A stretch of 64,000 bases of DNA from Mobula hypostoma (Eukaryota): the NCBI RefSeq assembly GCF_963921235.1, contig NC_086105.1, positions 26,722,001 through 26,786,000 on the forward strand. Direction: 5' to 3'. Below, in pieces: positions 63,131 to 64,000 of the stretch; within the stretch, counting starts at the first letter, position 1; every line of letters begins with the position of its first letter. The notes under the pieces are model-generated. The model did no database searches. It worked only from the letters and a program-made list of their open reading frames with translations, and was not told the origin of the DNA. The translations under genes and the position numbers were made by a program.

Positions 63131-63820
63131 ACCATTTAAAGGCACTTGGACAGTTTATGAAATGTGTGCCGTGCCACAAATCATTTATGTTATTGGGTAT
63201 GTGCTGACATAGGTCGTGTCTATGGGAGACGGGACTATCTAATTACAAATTATAAATTATAAAGATAGTTTATCAAACATTGCACCTCTATTTTACAGAA
63301 CATTCAATATATTTAAAGGATCAAACTGGAATGAACACACAGTAAACAACACGAAATACTGTATATAAAGAATTAATGTTTGTTGGTGCTTAAGTAGCGT
63401 TTGTTGTTAACGATTTCTACTGTGCGCTTCATGAATATGAAATCTGAACTCCGAGATATAACAGCAACTCGAGTGAATTGGACTGTATGGTTCCCATTAT
63501 ATCGAATAGTACTGCACATAATCTGATCCTTCAGCCTGCCATGCCGTGCTTACTTTAATGCCCATTTAAACTAATGCCACCTGCTTGCTTATGGTCTGTC
63601 TCTTCCCCCTGCCCCATCAAATGGCGCCGTGTTTCATGTGCCTTTACATTCTCCAACCTCTCCATAAAACTTCAGAGTTTGACAATTCCACCGTGCGATA
63701 AAGACTGTGCATATCTCTGTCTCTCATAATTTTATATACTGCTGTCAGGGCACCCCTCAACGTCCAAATACTCCATAGAAAATTTGTTCCACCTCTCTGT
63801 GGTAAACTATATACATATGT

Positions 63821-64000
63821 TGTAACTGGGTTACCTGTCCGGACACACCCCTCTGCTGACTGCCCCTGTGGCTCCTCCCACAGATCCCTGAATAAAGGCG
63901 ATTGGGCCATTGCTCCTCCTCTCAGTCCAGGGGCAGACCCTCAGCATGCTGGAGGTCACATTTTACTGTGAATAAAAGCCTTTCAGTATTTACTCTTTTG
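63821..64000 (+). mobile_element. Probable LTR, truncated by the window end
   Basis: Begins TGTAAC, has a TATA-like AATAAAGG (63891) and AATAAA (63971). The 3' end and TSD are not visible. Confidence 0.45.

Overview
Vertebrate genomic DNA, most likely a cartilaginous fish (ray/shark; inferred from the repeat landscape and gene sequences). It covers the conserved CCDC91-PTHLH-KLHL42 neighbourhood. PTHLH (+) has two coding exons (31218-31324, 32000-32435; 180-aa precursor) and a separate AU-rich 3'UTR exon at ~35385-35710. KLHL42 (-) has three coding exons (62744-61984, 59259-59066, 56860-56415; 466 aa). A CpG promoter with a minus-strand non-coding first exon at ~6.2-6.4 kb is probably CCDC91 (synteny only). 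The rest is mostly decayed transposons: CR1, Rex1/Babar, RTE and Tx1 LINEs, Tc1, tRNA-derived SINEs and two solo LTRs with internal minisatellites. Many Penelope-like fragments carry minimal hammerhead-ribozyme motifs of three sequence families, including fold-back elements with a ribozyme on each strand. Top leads: (1) the hammerhead-bearing fold-back elements; (2) an apparently derived early stop in PTHLH, 56 nt upstream of an ancestral-looking Arg-stop/splice donor; (3) a possible decayed or unannotated small secreted-peptide gene at 44.5-45.8 kb. There is one 148-N gap. Comparisons with human sequences are from memory, not computed. Repeat boundaries are approximate unless TSDs are given.
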